Source: Nitrospira japonica (GTDB lineage Bacteria; Nitrospirota; Thermodesulfovibrionia; Thermodesulfovibrionales; SM23-35). From it: a DNA stretch of 58,683 nucleotides. Shown one piece after another: positions 17,163 to 28,179 of this stretch. Under the pieces are notes generated by a model that saw only the letters and a list, made by a program, of their open reading frames with translations, was not told the DNA's origin and made no database searches. The stretch covers positions 1 through 58,683 of the forward strand of contig DYFC01000013.1 of assembly GCA_020725385.1 (NCBI GenBank), given 5' to 3'. Position numbers and translations under genes: made by a program. Numbering within the stretch: the stretch's first letter is position 1; each line of letters opens with the position of its first letter.

Positions 17163-19114
17163 AGGCATTTTTTCCTTTCTTTTTTTTGTTCTTATCGTAT
17201 CTTGGGCTTATTTCTGAATATCCTATAAAACATAAAGAAATATGGTTTGCATCCGGGATTTCTACAGTTATTATATGTGGATTTTTTCATTTTAAAAGTG
17301 AAGAAAAAAAATATTCCGTCGAGTTTCTATTCTCATTGTCAATAATGCTCGCTGCTACCCTTCAAGTCATAAATATTCAATGGCTCAAGATATTGTACTT
17401 TCCATTTATAATTATTCTCAGTTTTTTTTATGGGAAGAGAACGATAATACCTCTTTCAATACTTATGCCATCTCTTGAGGCAAAAAAATTCTTTGAAAGC
17501 CAAAGTATTATAGAGAACATTATATTTTTTTTAGTTCTCTTCATTACAGCATTAATATCTGTATTTTTACTGAAAAGTCCCGAGCGTAAAGAGGAAAAAA
17601 ACAGTAAGGGAAACAAACAAACTGAAAGAATCGATGATTTCTTGGATGAAACAAAGGTATTAGGTAGCAGTAAATTTGTTTCTGATTATTTTGAATCAAC
17701 ATTCAATCCGGATAATGAAATGAAGGAAATTCTTGAGATTTCAAAAAAGACAATCTTCGCCGATTCTGTGAATTTGTTTACAGGGTATGGTGAAGAATTA
17801 AAGTTAAGGTGTTCAACCGATGGTGCAAGGGGAATCATTACCATTGATGGAGGATTAATAACCCAGTGCTATAAAGAAAGAAAAAATATTATTGCTACAG
17901 ATATGCACGGTAAGAAAATTGAGGCCGGTTATGTCAGGAAAGAACATATTTCATCATTAATAGCTGTTCCTATTACAGACGGAGATTTTGTTCTCGGGGT
18001 TGTTACAGCCGATAGTTCACGTGTCAGAGCATTTTCCTCCGCTGATCTTGATACATTAAGAATATTTTCAAATCAGATTATGAAAATATTGCAGAGAGAG
18101 CGTGTCTATCCACAAATTCATCGTTCTTTTAATACTCTGAAAATTCTGAATGAAGAGAGTTCAAAGCTTCTATCCTCACTTAACCTTGAAGTAATAGTTC
18201 AAAACCTGATTGATAGTGCATTCAGGATTGCTCCAGGTTCAATAGTTTTTTTTCTTTCAAGAGATAGAAATTTTGAGCTGTTTAATTTCAAAGGGATACA
18301 GGAACCGGAAAGAAGAAATTTTAGTTTAAAAGGTACATTAATTGAAATGTCGGTAAAAAACAAAGCCCCCTTATTTATATCAGATGTAAAAAAATATAGG
18401 ATGCCTGTTCTTCCTTTTGATTCAGGAGAAATAGGGTCAGTTTTTTCACTGCCTCTTATTTATGAAAAAGAAATTATCGGGCTTCTTGTTGTTACCTCGG
18501 AAGAGACCGGAGCTTTTAATTCGTATCAGGCAGAAATTCTTTCGGTTCTTGGAAATCAAGCTTCAATCTCAATTACAAATGCAAAATTCCATTCCGAGAT
18601 CGAAAAAATTGCGATAACCGATGGTCTTACAGGCCTTTTCAATCACAGGCATTTTCAGGAACGACTTTTACAGGAATTCAAAAGACTTGAGAGATTCACC
18701 GAACCAATGTCTTTGCTCCTTATTGATATAGATTATTTTAAGAAAGTAAATGATACTTACGGTCATCCTGTGGGTGATTCAGTGCTCAAAGGTGTTGCTG
18801 GAGTTATAGGAAAAACGATTAGAAATATTGATATTGCCGCAAGATATGGCGGGGAGGAGTTTGCTGTAATATTAATCGGGACCGATATTAATGGTGCAAA
18901 TAATATGGCTGAAAGACTAAGAAAAACTATATCAGATGTTAAATTCAAAGCTGACGGCAATATATTTCATGTAACCATAAGTACAGGAATTGCGGCATGG
19001 AGCAAAGAAATTAAATCAACAATGGATTTTATAGATAGAGCTGATAAGGCACTATATCATGCTAAAAATAGTGGAAGAAACAGGTGTGTTGTTTGGGATG
19101 AAATAAAAAGTTAA
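17096..19114 (+). CDS. membrane-bound GAF-GAF-GGDEF diguanylate cyclase
   Basis: hydrophobic N-terminus, two GAF-like blocks, DGLTGLFN, RxxD I-site (RNID) and GGEEF; start uncertain. Confidence 0.9.
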   Translation: MGNTLQKILQGRRNKERQSLQLKAFFPFFFLFLSYLGLISEYPIKHKEIWFASGISTVIICGFFHFKSEEKKYSVEFLFSLSIMLAATLQVINIQWLKILYFPFIIILSFFYGKRTIIPLSILMPSLEAKKFFESQSIIENIIFFLVLFITALISVFLLKSPERKEEKNSKGNKQTERIDDFLDETKVLGSSKFVSDYFESTFNPDNEMKEILEISKKTIFADSVNLFTGYGEELKLRCSTDGARGIITIDGGLITQCYKERKNIIATDMHGKKIEAGYVRKEHISSLIAVPITDGDFVLGVVTADSSRVRAFSSADLDTLRIFSNQIMKILQRERVYPQIHRSFNTLKILNEESSKLLSSLNLEVIVQNLIDSAFRIAPGSIVFFLSRDRNFELFNFKGIQEPERRNFSLKGTLIEMSVKNKAPLFISDVKKYRMPVLPFDSGEIGSVFSLPLIYEKEIIGLLVVTSEETGAFNSYQAEILSVLGNQASISITNAKFHSEIEKIAITDGLTGLFNHRHFQERLLQEFKRLERFTEPMSLLLIDIDYFKKVNDTYGHPVGDSVLKGVAGVIGKTIRNIDIAARYGGEEFAVILIGTDINGANNMAERLRKTISDVKFKADGNIFHVTISTGIAAWSKEIKSTMDFIDRADKALYHAKNSGRNRCVVWDEIKS

Positions 19115-19140
19115 ATTAAAATAATAGGTTATAAAAAGAC

Positions 19141-19198
19141 TTGACAGAATAACTTAATACTTGTTAAATTATTAGCACTTAAAGGTTGAGAGTGCTAA
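19141..19198 (+). promoter_or_regulatory. hrcA promoter with CIRCE operator
   Basis: TTGACA at 19141; TTAGCACTT-N9-GAGTGCTAA (19172-19198), one mismatch to the CIRCE consensus. Confidence 0.93.
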
Positions 19199-19200
19199 CG

Positions 19201-20241
19201 ATGCATAAATTAAGCGAAAGAAGTAAAAGAGTACTTTATGCAGTAGTTCAAAGCTACATTAACTACCCTGATCCTGTTGGTTCACGGGTGGTGACGAAAA
19301 GGTATTCTTTTGGCCTTTCACCGGCAACTATCCGTAATATCATGGCAGATCTTGAGGATATGGGATTTCTGACACAACCCCATACTTCTGCTGGAAGAAT
19401 ACCAACGGATCTCGGTTACAGGTTTTATGTTGATTCCATATCAACAAAAGGAGATGTTTCGTCTAATGTAGAAGTTGAAATATTGCAAGGTTTATATAAT
19501 AGGCTCCAGGTTTTGAAAAATAATATTGAATTATTGTTGAGTGAGACAACAAAAAGTCTCTCAGCTCTTTCTCATTATCTTGGTGTAGCAATGTCTCCTG
19601 CGCCTGATTTAACGGTATTCAGTAAAATCAATCTTCTGAAATATCAGTCTGACAAAGTAGCGGTTGTGCTTTTTACTGATGATGGAAGAATTAAAAATAA
19701 GACATTGCAGGTTGGTCCGGAAATATCTCAAAAAGATCTTAACAGGATAGCACAATATCTCAACAGTGAATTTTCGGGTTTAACTTTTGATGAGATAAGG
19801 GTAAGATTATTTAATGAGATATCGAAAGATAAAACAAGATGTGATACACTTATATCAAGAGCACTGAATATATGCAGGGAAGCTCTTTATTTTACATTCA
19901 ATGAACTTTTTGTTTCAGGTTTATCTGAGGTTTTAGAATTACCCGATTTTGCGGATTTAAACAAGATTCGTGAATTGTCAAGAGCTATTGAAGACAAGCA
20001 TATGATAATAAAGCTTCTTGATAAATTATCCGAAACAGAAGGACTTAAGGTAATAATTGGCTCGGAAAATACTATAACTAATCTAAAAGATATCAGCCTT
20101 ATTGTTTCTCCTTGCAAAGAAGGAGACCGTCAGGTTGGTATCGTTGGTTTAATTGGACCTACAAGAATGAATTATGCCAAGGCGATGTATATTGTAGAAA
20201 ATACAGCACGATTCATTACAAAAATGCTTACCGAAAAATAG
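19201..20241 (+). CDS. hrcA: heat-inducible transcription repressor
   Basis: PVGS..LSPATIRN.MADLE..QPHTSAGRIPT, IGPTRMNY. Confidence 0.97.
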   Translation: MHKLSERSKRVLYAVVQSYINYPDPVGSRVVTKRYSFGLSPATIRNIMADLEDMGFLTQPHTSAGRIPTDLGYRFYVDSISTKGDVSSNVEVEILQGLYNRLQVLKNNIELLLSETTKSLSALSHYLGVAMSPAPDLTVFSKINLLKYQSDKVAVVLFTDDGRIKNKTLQVGPEISQKDLNRIAQYLNSEFSGLTFDEIRVRLFNEISKDKTRCDTLISRALNICREALYFTFNELFVSGLSEVLELPDFADLNKIRELSRAIEDKHMIIKLLDKLSETEGLKVIIGSENTITNLKDISLIVSPCKEGDRQVGIVGLIGPTRMNYAKAMYIVENTARFITKMLTEK

Positions 20242-20251
20242 GGAGAGAACA

Positions 20252-20845
20252 ATGGAAGATAATCAGATCGGAGATGAGCAGATTATTGTGCCTGAACAAG
20301 AAACAACTGAAATGAAGTCCCAATCTGAAAGTGCTTCTGTAGAAATAGATAAACTTCAACAGGAGCTCAACGAAGCAAATAATAAGTACCTGCGGCTCTA
20401 TGCAGAATTTGAAAATTATAAAAAACGAACAAATAAAGATAAAGAAGAACTTATAAAATACGGAAATGAGAGTCTGATATATGAGCTTCTTACGGTTATT
20501 GATAACCTTGAGATGGCACTAAAACATTCAACAGGAAACTCATCATCAGGTCTTGTTCAGGGAGTTGAAATAACTTATAAAGAGTTAATGAAGACTCTTG
20601 AAAAATTCGGGCTTTCGGTAATTGAAGCCGAGGGAAAGATTTTTGATCCTGCGGTGCATCACGCGATGTCACAGGTAGAACGTGATGATATTGATGAAAA
20701 TATTATAGTTGAAGAATATAGAAAAGGATATAAACTTAAAGATAAAGTTATAAGACCTTCATTAGTAGCTGTTTCAAAGAAAATTTCTAAAAATCAACAA
20801 GAAGAAACAGCAGAAACCGAAAAAAATAATATAGAGGAGGAATAA
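20252..20845 (+). CDS. grpE: nucleotide exchange factor GrpE
   Basis: [30 protein letters not shown]. Confidence 0.97.
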   Translation: MEDNQIGDEQIIVPEQETTEMKSQSESASVEIDKLQQELNEANNKYLRLYAEFENYKKRTNKDKEELIKYGNESLIYELLTVIDNLEMALKHSTGNSSSGLVQGVEITYKELMKTLEKFGLSVIEAEGKIFDPAVHHAMSQVERDDIDENIIVEEYRKGYKLKDKVIRPSLVAVSKKISKNQQEETAETEKNNIEEE

Positions 20846-20849
20846 TAAT

Positions 20850-22769
20850 ATGGGCAAAGCAGTTGGAATAGATCTTGGTACAACAAACTCGGTAGTGGCT
20901 GTAGTACAGGGGGGAGACCCGGTTGTAATACCTAATCAGGAAGGTTCAAGAACTACACCTTCTGTTGTCGCAATTACAGAAAAAGGTGAAAGACTCGTAG
21001 GACAGATTGCAAAAAGACAGGCTATTACTAATCCTGAAAACACTATCTTTTCAATAAAGAGGTTAATGGGTAGAAAATATAATTCTCCAGAGGTTGAGCA
21101 CGCAAAGAAAAGACTTCCTTATAAAATCGTTCAAGCACCCAATGGAGATGCTCATGTTGAAATTAGAGGAAAGGTTTATTCTCCACCGGAAATATCAGCA
21201 ATGATTCTTCAAAAGCTGAAACAGGCAGCAGAAGATTATCTTGGAGAGCCTGTTACCGAAGCTGTTATTACTGTTCCTGCTTATTTTGATGATAGTCAAA
21301 GACAGGCTACCAAAGATGCCGGAAGAATAGCAGGCCTGAATGTTCTAAGAATAATAAACGAGCCTACAGCAGCGGCATTAGCTTATGGAATGGATAAAAA
21401 GAAAGAGGAAAAAATAGGTGTCTATGATCTCGGAGGCGGCACATTCGATATCTCAATACTTGAGATTGGTGAAGGGGTTATTGAGGTAAAATCTACCAAT
21501 GGAAATACATATCTTGGCGGTGATGACTTTGACCTGAGAATTATGGACTGGCTTGTTGAAGAATTTAAGAAAGATCAAGGTATTGATTTAAAGAATGATA
21601 GAATGGCTTTGCAAAGGCTCAAGGAAGCTGCTGAAAAAGCGAAGATAGAACTATCAACAGCGACTGAAACAGAAATTAATCTGCCTTTTATAACTGCTGA
21701 TGCAACAGGTCCAAAGCATCTTTTGATGAAATTATCAAGAGCGAAATTCGAGCAGCTTGTCGGAGATTTAATCGAAGATTCGATTGGTCCGTGTAAAAAT
21801 GCTCTTTCTGATGCAAACCTTACACCTTCACAGATTGATGAGGTTCTACTTGTTGGTGGACAGACAAGAACACCCAAGGTCCAGCAGACTGTTCAGGCAT
21901 TCTTTGGAAAAGAACCTAATAAGACAGTTAACCCTGATGAAGTTGTGGCTGTTGGAGCAGCAATTCAGGCAGCAGTTCTTAAAGGTGATGTGAAGGAAGT
22001 TCTTCTACTTGATGTAACACCGCTATCACTTGGTATTGAAACACTCGGCGGAATCTTTACAAAGATTATCGAGAGAAACACAACAATACCTACCAAGAAA
22101 AGCCAGATATTTTCTACTGCAACAGATAATCAACCCGCGGTTTCTATTAAAGTTTATCAGGGCGAACGTGAGATGGCAGCGGATAATAAACTGCTTGGTA
22201 ATTTTGAACTTATTGGAATACCGCCTGCTCCAAGAGGAGTCCCTCAAATAGAAGTTACTTTCGATATAGATGCAAATGGAATTCTTCATGTTTCAGCAAA
22301 AGATCTGGGCACAGGAAAAGAGCAATCTATCAGAATAACTGCATCAAGTGGTTTATCAGAAGAGGAAATAAAGAAAATGATGAGAGAGGCTGAAGCTCAC
22401 TCTGAAGAAGATAAGAAAAAGAAGCAACTTGCGGAGGCTAAAAACGAAGCTGATACAATGATATATACTGTAGAGAAATCTCTTAAAGATTATGGTGATA
22501 AGTTAACAGAATCAGAAAAATCTGATATTCAGGCAGCTCTTGAAAAAGTAAAGAAATTAAAGGATTCAAGCACTGACCCATCTGAAATAAAATCAGCCAC
22601 TGAAACATTGATGACAAAATCACACAAACTTGCAGAACATATGTATAAAGGTGCCGGCGCTCAGGCAGGAGCAGGACAAGGTGCTGCCGGAGCACAGGCA
22701 GGAACAAAAGGGCCGGAAGAAGAGGTAGTTGAAGCCGAATTTGAAGATGTTGATAAGGATAAAAAATAG
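20850..22769 (+). CDS. dnaK: chaperone DnaK
   Basis: [17 protein letters not shown] and EAEFEDV tail. Confidence 0.99.
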   Translation: MGKAVGIDLGTTNSVVAVVQGGDPVVIPNQEGSRTTPSVVAITEKGERLVGQIAKRQAITNPENTIFSIKRLMGRKYNSPEVEHAKKRLPYKIVQAPNGDAHVEIRGKVYSPPEISAMILQKLKQAAEDYLGEPVTEAVITVPAYFDDSQRQATKDAGRIAGLNVLRIINEPTAAALAYGMDKKKEEKIGVYDLGGGTFDISILEIGEGVIEVKSTNGNTYLGGDDFDLRIMDWLVEEFKKDQGIDLKNDRMALQRLKEAAEKAKIELSTATETEINLPFITADATGPKHLLMKLSRAKFEQLVGDLIEDSIGPCKNALSDANLTPSQIDEVLLVGGQTRTPKVQQTVQAFFGKEPNKTVNPDEVVAVGAAIQAAVLKGDVKEVLLLDVTPLSLGIETLGGIFTKIIERNTTIPTKKSQIFSTATDNQPAVSIKVYQGEREMAADNKLLGNFELIGIPPAPRGVPQIEVTFDIDANGILHVSAKDLGTGKEQSIRITASSGLSEEEIKKMMREAEAHSEEDKKKKQLAEAKNEADTMIYTVEKSLKDYGDKLTESEKSDIQAALEKVKKLKDSSTDPSEIKSATETLMTKSHKLAEHMYKGAGAQAGAGQGAAGAQAGTKGPEEEVVEAEFEDVDKDKK

Positions 22770-22795
22770 ATTAACATTAATAAAAAATTAGGCAT

Positions 22796-22829
22796 AAAAA
22801 ATTCCCCCTGCAAAAAGGGGGAATTTTTT
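22796..22829. terminator. intrinsic terminator between dnaK and dnaJ
   Basis: AAAAAATTCCCCCT-GCAAAA-AGGGGGAATTTTTT. Confidence 0.85.
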
Positions 22830-22888
22830 GAGAAATGCTAATATATAATATCTTTTTTATTATCACAAAATTTATAATTTAAGACATA

Positions 22889-23989
22889 ATGAAAGACTAT
22901 TACGAAATACTCGGTGTTTCAAGGGATGCAAGCGAAGCTGATATTAAAAAGGCTTACAGGCAACTTGCGATGAAATACCATCCTGACAGAAATCCAGGTA
23001 ATAAGGAATACGAAGAAAAATTCAAGGAAATTAATGAAGCTTACTCCTGTCTTTCCGATAAAGAAAAAAGGGAATATTACGATAGATTCGGAACAACCGA
23101 AGGAATAGGACAGGGCTTTGGCAGTCCATTCGGAACAGGTTTTGGTGATGTATTTGAAGACATATTTGGAGATTTTTTTGGAACATTTACAGGCAGGCGG
23201 AGGCCAAGACCAACTAAAGGAAATGATCTCCGGTATGATCTTGATATAACTCTTATGGAGGCAGCATTCGGTGTAGAAAAGAATATTGAAATACCGAGAT
23301 GGGAAGATTGTATATCATGTAGAGGTTCTGGTTCTGCTCCCGGGAAATCTCCATCTGTATGCCCCTCCTGTAAGGGTACCGGTCAGATAAGAATGCAACA
23401 GGGATTCTTTAGTATAGCTAAAACGTGCGGTAAATGTAATGGAGAAGGTAAAATAATTACCCATCCGTGTAAAGAATGCGAAGGTCTTGGCAAAGTAAAG
23501 ATATATAAAACAGTGAATTTGAAAATACCGGCAGGTGTTGATACAGGCTCAAGGCTAAGACTTTCAGGCGAAGGAGAGATGGGATTCAACGGAGGTCCCC
23601 GTGGAGATCTTTACGTTTACATCAATGTTCAAGAACATCCTATCTTTAAAAGAGACGGTAATGATATTTATTGTGATATTCCTCTTTCATTTCCTCAGGC
23701 TGCTCTTGGAGCTGAAATCGAAGTACCAACCATATATGGTAATGAAAAGTTAAAAATACCGGCAGGTACATCATCAGGTAAAGCATTCCATTTAAAAGGA
23801 AAAGGAATACAGAAACTTGGCAGTAATTATAAAGGAGATCAGATAGTCAGAGTTTTTGTTGATGTGCCAAAGACATTAACTCCGAGACAAAGGGAACTCC
23901 TTGAAGAATTCGCAAAAATAAGCGGAGATGAGGTCTCTAAATCTTTTAAGAATAAACTCAAAGACCTGTTTACAGGAGCAGAAAAATAG
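22889..23989 (+). CDS. dnaJ: chaperone DnaJ
   Basis: J domain with HPD and four CxxCxGxG repeats. Confidence 0.98.
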   Translation: MKDYYEILGVSRDASEADIKKAYRQLAMKYHPDRNPGNKEYEEKFKEINEAYSCLSDKEKREYYDRFGTTEGIGQGFGSPFGTGFGDVFEDIFGDFFGTFTGRRRPRPTKGNDLRYDLDITLMEAAFGVEKNIEIPRWEDCISCRGSGSAPGKSPSVCPSCKGTGQIRMQQGFFSIAKTCGKCNGEGKIITHPCKECEGLGKVKIYKTVNLKIPAGVDTGSRLRLSGEGEMGFNGGPRGDLYVYINVQEHPIFKRDGNDIYCDIPLSFPQAALGAEIEVPTIYGNEKLKIPAGTSSGKAFHLKGKGIQKLGSNYKGDQIVRVFVDVPKTLTPRQRELLEEFAKISGDEVSKSFKNKLKDLFTGAEK

Positions 23990-24018
23990 TTTGTGGAAAT
24001 ATTGCCTTCAAATGTAAT

Positions 24019-24825
24019 ATGTTTAGATTATTCCTTCCATCCATATCTATAGATCAAAATCAAATTATTATTCAAGGAGAAAAAGCCCGCTATATCTCTA
24101 TTATACTTCGCTGTAAAACAGGGGATCCACTTGTAGTTTTTGACGGTCAGGGAAATTGTTTTAAGACAAAGATAATCAGTATCGATAGAAAACAGGTGCT
24201 TGCAGACATTGTTGAAAGCATCTCTGTTAATACAGAATCTAATACAGATATAATTCTTCTTCAGGGAATCTTAAAAGGCGAAAAAATGGATTTCGTTATC
24301 CAGAAAGCTACGGAACTTGGTGTCAAGAAAATAATTCCTTTGATTACTGAAAGGACCCAAATTAGGACAACAAGAAAGACAGAGAGATGGACAAAAATAG
24401 CTGAAGAGGCTTCAAGACAATCAGGAAGAATTATTGTGCCGGTAATTTATGAGCCGGTTAACTTCTCTATTTTTTTAAAAGAAATAAGAAATAAATTAGT
24501 TTTCAAACAGATAATAGATAAAGAACAAGAATGCAGAAATGTCCGGATACCAAAGACCGGAAATATCGATAAAGATATTGAAATGACAGGATTAATATTT
24601 TGGGAAGAAGATGGCATACCATTGAAAGAAGCGGTTTCATATTTAAAGACTTCACCATTTTATTTAGTTATTGGTCCGGAGGGTGGTTTCACAAAAGAAG
24701 AAATTTTACTGGCAAAAGAAAACGGGTTAATTATAACTTCTCTCGGTAAAAGAATCCTTAGAGCAGAAACCGCGACTATCTCGGCGATTTCAATAATTCA
24801 ATATGCAATCGGAGATATTGGATAG
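24019..24825 (+). CDS. rsmE: 16S rRNA m3U1498 methyltransferase
   Basis: QKATELGV, IGPEGGF, LGKRILRAETA. Confidence 0.95.
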   Translation: MFRLFLPSISIDQNQIIIQGEKARYISIILRCKTGDPLVVFDGQGNCFKTKIISIDRKQVLADIVESISVNTESNTDIILLQGILKGEKMDFVIQKATELGVKKIIPLITERTQIRTTRKTERWTKIAEEASRQSGRIIVPVIYEPVNFSIFLKEIRNKLVFKQIIDKEQECRNVRIPKTGNIDKDIEMTGLIFWEEDGIPLKEAVSYLKTSPFYLVIGPEGGFTKEEILLAKENGLIITSLGKRILRAETATISAISIIQYAIGDIG

Positions 24826-24847
24826 CCCGGATAAATTATTGTTCGGC

Positions 24848-27403
24848 TCATCCGTTATTTTTTTGAATAACTTCTTTTATCTTATGTGAAAGCAATGATG
24901 GGGTTACAGGTTTGCTAAGAAATTCAAGTCCCTCGTCAAGAAGTCCTTTCCGGTGTATAATATCCGCTGTATAGCCACTTAAAAATATAGCTTTCGCATC
25001 GCCTTTTATTTTCTTTATTTCAATGAAAGTTTCCTTTCCATTCAAGCCCGGCATAATTAAATCAATTATGCATAGAAGAATTTTGTCTTTGTTTTCTGAA
25101 AATAGTTCAATAGCTTCCTTACCGTTTTTAGCTGTTAAAATATCATAACCAAAGTCTTCGAGCATTTCTGTAAGTGAATTCCTGACATCATCTTCATCCT
25201 CGACAAGCAAAAGTGTTCCTGTTCCTTTCTCATGTTCGGTAAATATTCTCTCTACAAGTTTAACATCCTTAATGGATATTAAAGGCAGATATATTCTAAA
25301 AGTACTGCCTTTGCCTTTTTCACTATAAACATTAATAAAGCCTTTGTGCTGTTTTATAATACCATAAACTATTGCCAGACCGAGTCCTGTGCCTTTGCCT
25401 ACTTCTTTTGTAGTGAAAAATGGTTCAAAAATTCTTTGACGTGTATTTTCATCCATCCCGATTCCTGTATCTGTTATAGTTATAACAACATAATCACCCT
25501 GTTTACCATATCCATGAGATTTTATGAATTCATTATCCATCTGTAATATATCGGTCTCGATAATTAATTGACCACCGTCTGGCATTGCATCTTTTGCGTT
25601 TGTAGCAAGATTCATTAGAACCTGCTCAATCTGTCCGGGGTCCGCCATTATAAATAATTCGGTTTCTTTAAGTATTGTCTTGAATATAATATCCTCTCCA
25701 ATTATTCTCATGAGGATGTTTTTCATATGAATTATTATTTCATTTACATTTACAGGTACGGGATTCATAATCTGCTTTTTGCTGAATGCGAGAAGATTTT
25801 TGGTTAAATTTGCTGCCTTATCGGACAAATCCAGGATGTTTTTTGCATAATTAATTAAAGGATTGTCTTCCCCGAGTTTCATTTTTAAGAAGTAAGCATA
25901 TGTAGTAACCGCTGTTAATATATTGTTAAAATCATGGGCAATTCCGCCTGCGAACTGACCGATTGCTTCCATCTTCTGAGCCTGAAGAAGTTGTTTATAA
26001 AGATTTTCCTTTTCGATTTCCGATTTTTTCCAGTCAGTAATATCAAGAAGCGAGACAATACTCTGACCGCTATCTGTAATCATTGCTGCGGTCACCACAA
26101 CATCTTTGATGTCACCTGATTTAATTTTAATCCGGGTTTCATAATTTCTTGGAACAGCATCAGGCTGAATTCTTCTCAAATCATGAAATTTTCTTAATTT
26201 ATCTAATTCTTCAACTGGTATAAATTCTGTCCAGCTTTTACCTATTATTTCCGAAGTTGAATAACCTGTGAGTTTTTCAACCTCGCTGTTTATAAGTGCG
26301 ATTTTGGTATCAGCTTCAATTATAAAAGTAGCATTCCCGGTATTCTCAAATATTGCCCTGTATTTTTCTTCTGATTTTTTTAATGCCTCTTCTGCTCTCT
26401 TATGTTCCTCCATATCCCGAAGAATATTATTTTGCCGCCATATCAGACAAAAGAATATTCCTGTGCCCGTTATCAAAATTGTTACTATGACTGTTACTAT
26501 CCAAAAAAGCTTTTTTACAGGTTCGTATATTTCTTCTTTGTCTGTTTTAGCAACAATAAACCATGGTGAGTCAGGAATTTGTTTGATTACTGCAATAACA
26601 GGGTTACCCCTGTAATCAATACCTTCAGCGATTCCCTTTACCCCGCGTAAAGCCATTGCTTCGGGTAATTGCGTCTCTTTTATTGAAAATCTTAATTTCA
26701 ACGCAGTATCTTTTCTGTGCCTGAGTTCATTTAAAAAAACTACGTTTTCATTTTCTCTCCGAAATAATACGGTTTCTGATGTTCTGCTTTTTGTTGGCCA
26801 TTTCTGGATTAATGGATATAAAAATGTATGAGGATTGATTCTTAAAATAAAGATTCCGGCAGGAACATTAATTTTTAAGGAAAATACAGGTATAACAAGG
26901 GTTAGACGGATTGTATTTAAAGCTTTGTTGTAATACAAATCGGATAAGATTATTTTTCGGGATTTAATTGATTCTTTTATTAAATCCTTTGCTCCCTGTC
27001 CTAATGTCTCTTTTATATTAGAAACCGAAAAAATTATATTATTGTTTTTGTCAACAAGAAATATACTCTGGTATTGATGAAGATTCAAGATGCTTTCTAA
27101 GAAGTAATAAAAGTTTTTTTTTGAGGGAATTCCCGGAGCCTTTGAAGTTAAATATTCAATTTCGGAAGCTATAGTAGGATTGTTATAAATAATCAGCGCA
27201 TCCGATAGTATTTCTTTGCGCCAATTTGTAATCTGTTCTGCTTTCAGTTCAGCAATTGCATTTAGATTTTCAAGGCTATTATATTTAATAATATTTTTTT
27301 GTTTTTGATAAAAAACATATCCTGTAGCCCATATGCAGATAGTAAGAATCAGAAAAATAAAGATTAATTTATATGGAACTTTATTTGTTAGAATATATTT
27401 CAT
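24848..27403 (-). CDS. hybrid sensor histidine kinase (TM-Cache-TM-PAS-HisKA-HATPase-REC)
   Basis: GIAHDFNNIL, FEPFFTTKEVGKGTGLGL, C-terminal receiver (LLVEDE..DLIMP). Confidence 0.93.
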   Translation of the reverse strand: MKYILTNKVPYKLIFIFLILTICIWATGYVFYQKQKNIIKYNSLENLNAIAELKAEQITNWRKEILSDALIIYNNPTIASEIEYLTSKAPGIPSKKNFYYFLESILNLHQYQSIFLVDKNNNIIFSVSNIKETLGQGAKDLIKESIKSRKIILSDLYYNKALNTIRLTLVIPVFSLKINVPAGIFILRINPHTFLYPLIQKWPTKSRTSETVLFRRENENVVFLNELRHRKDTALKLRFSIKETQLPEAMALRGVKGIAEGIDYRGNPVIAVIKQIPDSPWFIVAKTDKEEIYEPVKKLFWIVTVIVTILITGTGIFFCLIWRQNNILRDMEEHKRAEEALKKSEEKYRAIFENTGNATFIIEADTKIALINSEVEKLTGYSTSEIIGKSWTEFIPVEELDKLRKFHDLRRIQPDAVPRNYETRIKIKSGDIKDVVVTAAMITDSGQSIVSLLDITDWKKSEIEKENLYKQLLQAQKMEAIGQFAGGIAHDFNNILTAVTTYAYFLKMKLGEDNPLINYAKNILDLSDKAANLTKNLLAFSKKQIMNPVPVNVNEIIIHMKNILMRIIGEDIIFKTILKETELFIMADPGQIEQVLMNLATNAKDAMPDGGQLIIETDILQMDNEFIKSHGYGKQGDYVVITITDTGIGMDENTRQRIFEPFFTTKEVGKGTGLGLAIVYGIIKQHKGFINVYSEKGKGSTFRIYLPLISIKDVKLVERIFTEHEKGTGTLLLVEDEDDVRNSLTEMLEDFGYDILTAKNGKEAIELFSENKDKILLCIIDLIMPGLNGKETFIEIKKIKGDAKAIFLSGYTADIIHRKGLLDEGLEFLSKPVTPSLLSHKIKEVIQKNNG

Positions 27404-27448
27404 TTAAGCCTATATTTTTTATTTTGCAGAAATTAATTCAATGAAAAC

Positions 27449-27467
27449 AATCAGGAAAATCCTGATT
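27449..27467. promoter_or_regulatory. palindromic operator, copy 1
   Basis: AATCAGGA-AAA-TCCTGATT upstream of the hybrid kinase. Confidence 0.65.
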
Positions 27468-27525
27468 AAAACGTATGAAAGTTCTAAAAATACGAGGACA
27501 TTCCGGAAGGGATGTATTTTAATAA

Positions 27526-28179
27526 TCAGGAATATAAATCGGTGATTCCTTCTTTGATTGCGTATTTTGTAAGCCTGGCTATGCTATTAATATTCAGTTT
27601 CTCCATGATCTGTTTTCTGAAAGTCTCAACAGTTTTCACACTGATGCCGAGTTTGTTGGCAATCTCTTTTGTATTATTGCCTTCCGCAATAAGTTTGAGA
27701 ACCTGAAATTGTCTTCTTGTCAGGATGGAATAGATTGATAATTCATTGGAATGTAAAATATTTTTATAGTCTTCGGCTGGATTATTAGAAATTCCCGGGC
27801 TCAGATATACTTTATTTTCAATAACAGAATTTATAGCACAGATTAATTCATCAAAAGCACAGTCTTTTAAGATATATGCTGAAGCTCCTGCTTTTAACAT
27901 GTCTGCCACATATTGTTTCTCGGAGTACATTGAAAGACAAATGATTTTTATCTTAGAATTTGCCTTTAATATTTGCTTTGTAGCGGTTATTCCATTAAGT
28001 TTTGGCATTGATATGTCCATAATGATAATATCCGGAGTAGTTTTTTTTGCCATTTTGATTACTTCTTCACCATTATCAGCCTCGCCAATAATTTCCGCTC
28101 CTTTAAATTTCTCAATCAATGAGCGGAGTCCCTGGCGTACAATTTTATGATCATCGGCAATAAGTATTTTAAGGTTCAT
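27526..28179 (-). CDS. NarL/LuxR family response regulator
   Basis: IADDH..MDISMP receiver plus LTRRQFQVL..ISVKTVET HTH. Confidence 0.95.
   Translation of the reverse strand: MNLKILIADDHKIVRQGLRSLIEKFKGAEIIGEADNGEEVIKMAKKTTPDIIIMDISMPKLNGITATKQILKANSKIKIICLSMYSEKQYVADMLKAGASAYILKDCAFDELICAINSVIENKVYLSPGISNNPAEDYKNILHSNELSIYSILTRRQFQVLKLIAEGNNTKEIANKLGISVKTVETFRKQIMEKLNINSIARLTKYAIKEGITDLYS

Noticed and set aside
22650-22705. GAQAG repeats in the DnaK tail
   Set aside because: Ordinary low-complexity DnaK C-terminus.
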